Shown here piece after piece: positions 61,951-64,000 of a DNA stretch of 64,000 nt; position 1 is the stretch's first letter, and the number at the start of each line of letters is the position of its first letter. Made by a program: the position numbers and the translations under genes. The notes under the pieces were generated by a model, which searched no databases, had not been told where the DNA came from, and saw only the letters and a program-made list of their open reading frames with translations. Where the stretch lies: assembly GCA_030324005.1 (NCBI GenBank), contig JARDVH010000137.1, positions 28,467,923 to 28,531,922 of the forward strand, written 5' to 3'. This stretch comes from Negaprion brevirostris. Lineage: Eukaryota.

Positions 61951-64000
61951 TTTCTTATTTCTCACTCCTTCCCAAACTGATTATACATGTTTTTTCGAGC
62001 TAAGGTTACAAATGTCATCTATAATTAACCCGACCAGTTTTTCATAGCTTTGTCATTCTGAAATGTCNNNNNNNNNNGCGGGAGGCAGATCATGCAAACG
62101 TCCTTCAACCGTGGGCAGGATTCTCTTAGCCATGCATTTCTCAGTGGTGCAAGGTGGCACGCTGTTCGCTTGCAGTGGGATTTTTCCAGTCCCGCCGCTG
62201 TGAATAGGATTTCCGATTGAAGGCACTCTACACTGCTGGGAAACGCATGGGCTGGGATGTGCTGCTGGCAAGACCAGAGAATTCCACTGCACGAACGACT
62301 GGAGAATTCTGGCCCAAGTCTCTGTAATGGCTATCTTGTCATATGTTTACATTTATTTGTGCTAATAATTTGATCATTTCATGAATGCTATGCCTATTCA
62401 GATAAGAGTTTTTAACTGCCTTTTAAAATAAGGTTTTGCAATATCTGGCCTTATCTCAGCCCCAAGCAGACGTCCTGGCAACAGCCTTCAAGACTCGATC
62501 TCAGCTACAGAGAACTGTTGTCTATGCCCTTGGTTATACAGTTCTCTATTACCACAACAGTCACATTTACGCCCTCACTCGAATAGCTTTTCACTCACCT
62601 TGCAAGCTTCAAGAATTTCAAACATGTCAAGCAATTGCAGTGTGTTGAGGCTCCTCCAATTCTACCTTCTCGATTCTCTTGCCTGCCTCACTCGTAGTCA
62701 CATCCTCTTGTCCCTGGCCATTAACTAAGCCAGAAGACCCTAGCCTGAGGGGTATGACTGACTTCTGGAACAAAATGCCCCAGTAACTTTCCTCCTCCCT
62801 GATGCATTACAGCGACTGAGGCTCAGATGCCAGTTCATTTAACTCTTGAATTTCCTCAAGGTGCTGACAATTACTGCAGATGTTTTTGCCCTGGATCACA
62901 CAGGCACCCACGAAATCTCTCATACGTCAGCTGTAATATGCCCTGCAATCCTTACTTTGTTAATTAATTCAATTTATTTACAAAATAATAATCGCTACGA
63001 GTGCCAAGCCTATTACTGCTACTAAATTTTACTACTAATAATAAAATCTTGTAACTATTAAGAAATAACCCAAGTTCCAAAAGATTATTAANNNNNNNNN
63101 NTGACATTATATTTCAATTTTTCTCAGAATGCAGTCCACAGACTGGCCCTTCTGTACTCTTTCAAAATGAACTTTCCGGCACAGTCCCAGTCTTCTAAAA
63201 ATAAAGTTTCCAGCATTCTCTGCTTTCGTTCGAAATAAAGCTTCTGGTACTTTCCACACTCTTATTAAACAAAACTTCTGTCGCTTTCTACATTTTTAAA
63301 AGTTGGTGAGAATACACCGAGAGTACTCCATACAGCGTTGGTGTCCTAATTTGAGAAATATACTTGCATTGGAAGCACTTCAGAAAAAGGTTCATTAGGT
63401 TGATTCCTGGGGTGAAGGGATGGTTTGAGAAAAGGTTGAGCAGGTTGGACCTATACTAGTTGGAGTCAAGAATAACTGGTGATCTTACTGAAATAAAAGA
63501 TTCTGGGGAGGCTTAAGAGGGGGCGATTCTTCTCATGGGGAACTTAGAACTAGAGGACATAGTTTCAGAATAAGGGGTGTCCATTTAAGACAAGTGGGCT
63601 TGATTACAGTTCAGAACAATAAACATCTAAATTCAAAACAAATTAAAATTCAAGTTTGACATGAAGTGAGATGGAAATAATGTGACATATATGAAGCGAA
63701 GCCCAACAGGCCCATGGTTTTAATATTTTCATCACAACCCAAGCACCGCTGGTTTGCTGGCTGCGTTTCACATTATTTTGGCAGGGCTACAGCAGACAGC
63801 TGAGTCCAGGAGGCCCACTTATTTTACTTTAAAAGACTAACAAAGAGCAGTTCCAAAAACATTTATGGCTGAATTGATAAACTTTAAACCAGGTTGAACA
63901 AGATTGAATGGAACAGCCACAATCAATGGTCAATGATCAGAGAACATAGAAACACAGGGAATGAGGCTTTGCGGCCTGGCCAGTTTGTTTCAACATTTCT

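Noticed and set aside
1-64000. Prokaryote-type systems (CRISPR arrays, operons, defence islands)
   Set aside because: The window is intron-rich vertebrate DNA; no repeat-spacer array or gene-dense segment is present.

Overview
Eukaryotic, AT-rich, repeat-rich genomic DNA with N gaps. It is most likely from a shark or other elasmobranch, judged from HE1-like and Deu-domain SINEs and abundant CR1 LINEs. The one clear host gene is the 3' half of TNRC6C (GW182 family, miRNA-silencing scaffold) on the minus strand. I reconstructed 14 coding exons by hand (56561->17210, 2264 nt, all GT-AG, frame continuous): end of the UBA region, Q-rich region, CIM-1, PAM2, M2, RRM and C-terminus. A ~3.3 kb transposon-free 3' UTR follows and is dense in miRNA seed sites. 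The 5' exons lie beyond position 64000. Introns and the downstream flank hold decayed CR1, Rex1-type, RTE and Penelope retroelements, several SINE families, a solo LTR with intact TSD, and two PIF/Harbinger transposons, one complete with TIRs and TSD. Almost all other ORFs in the supplied track are repeat debris or chance ORFs. I found no convincing wholly new biological system. The best leads are an in-frame alternative acceptor adding LTLSFSNQ, a TNRC6A-like PAM2 core inside a TNRC6C gene, modular symmetric exons, compound miRNA sites, fold-back intronic inverted repeats and hammerhead-like Penelope relics. All comparisons with human paralogues and repeat consensus sequences are from memory, not from a database search.
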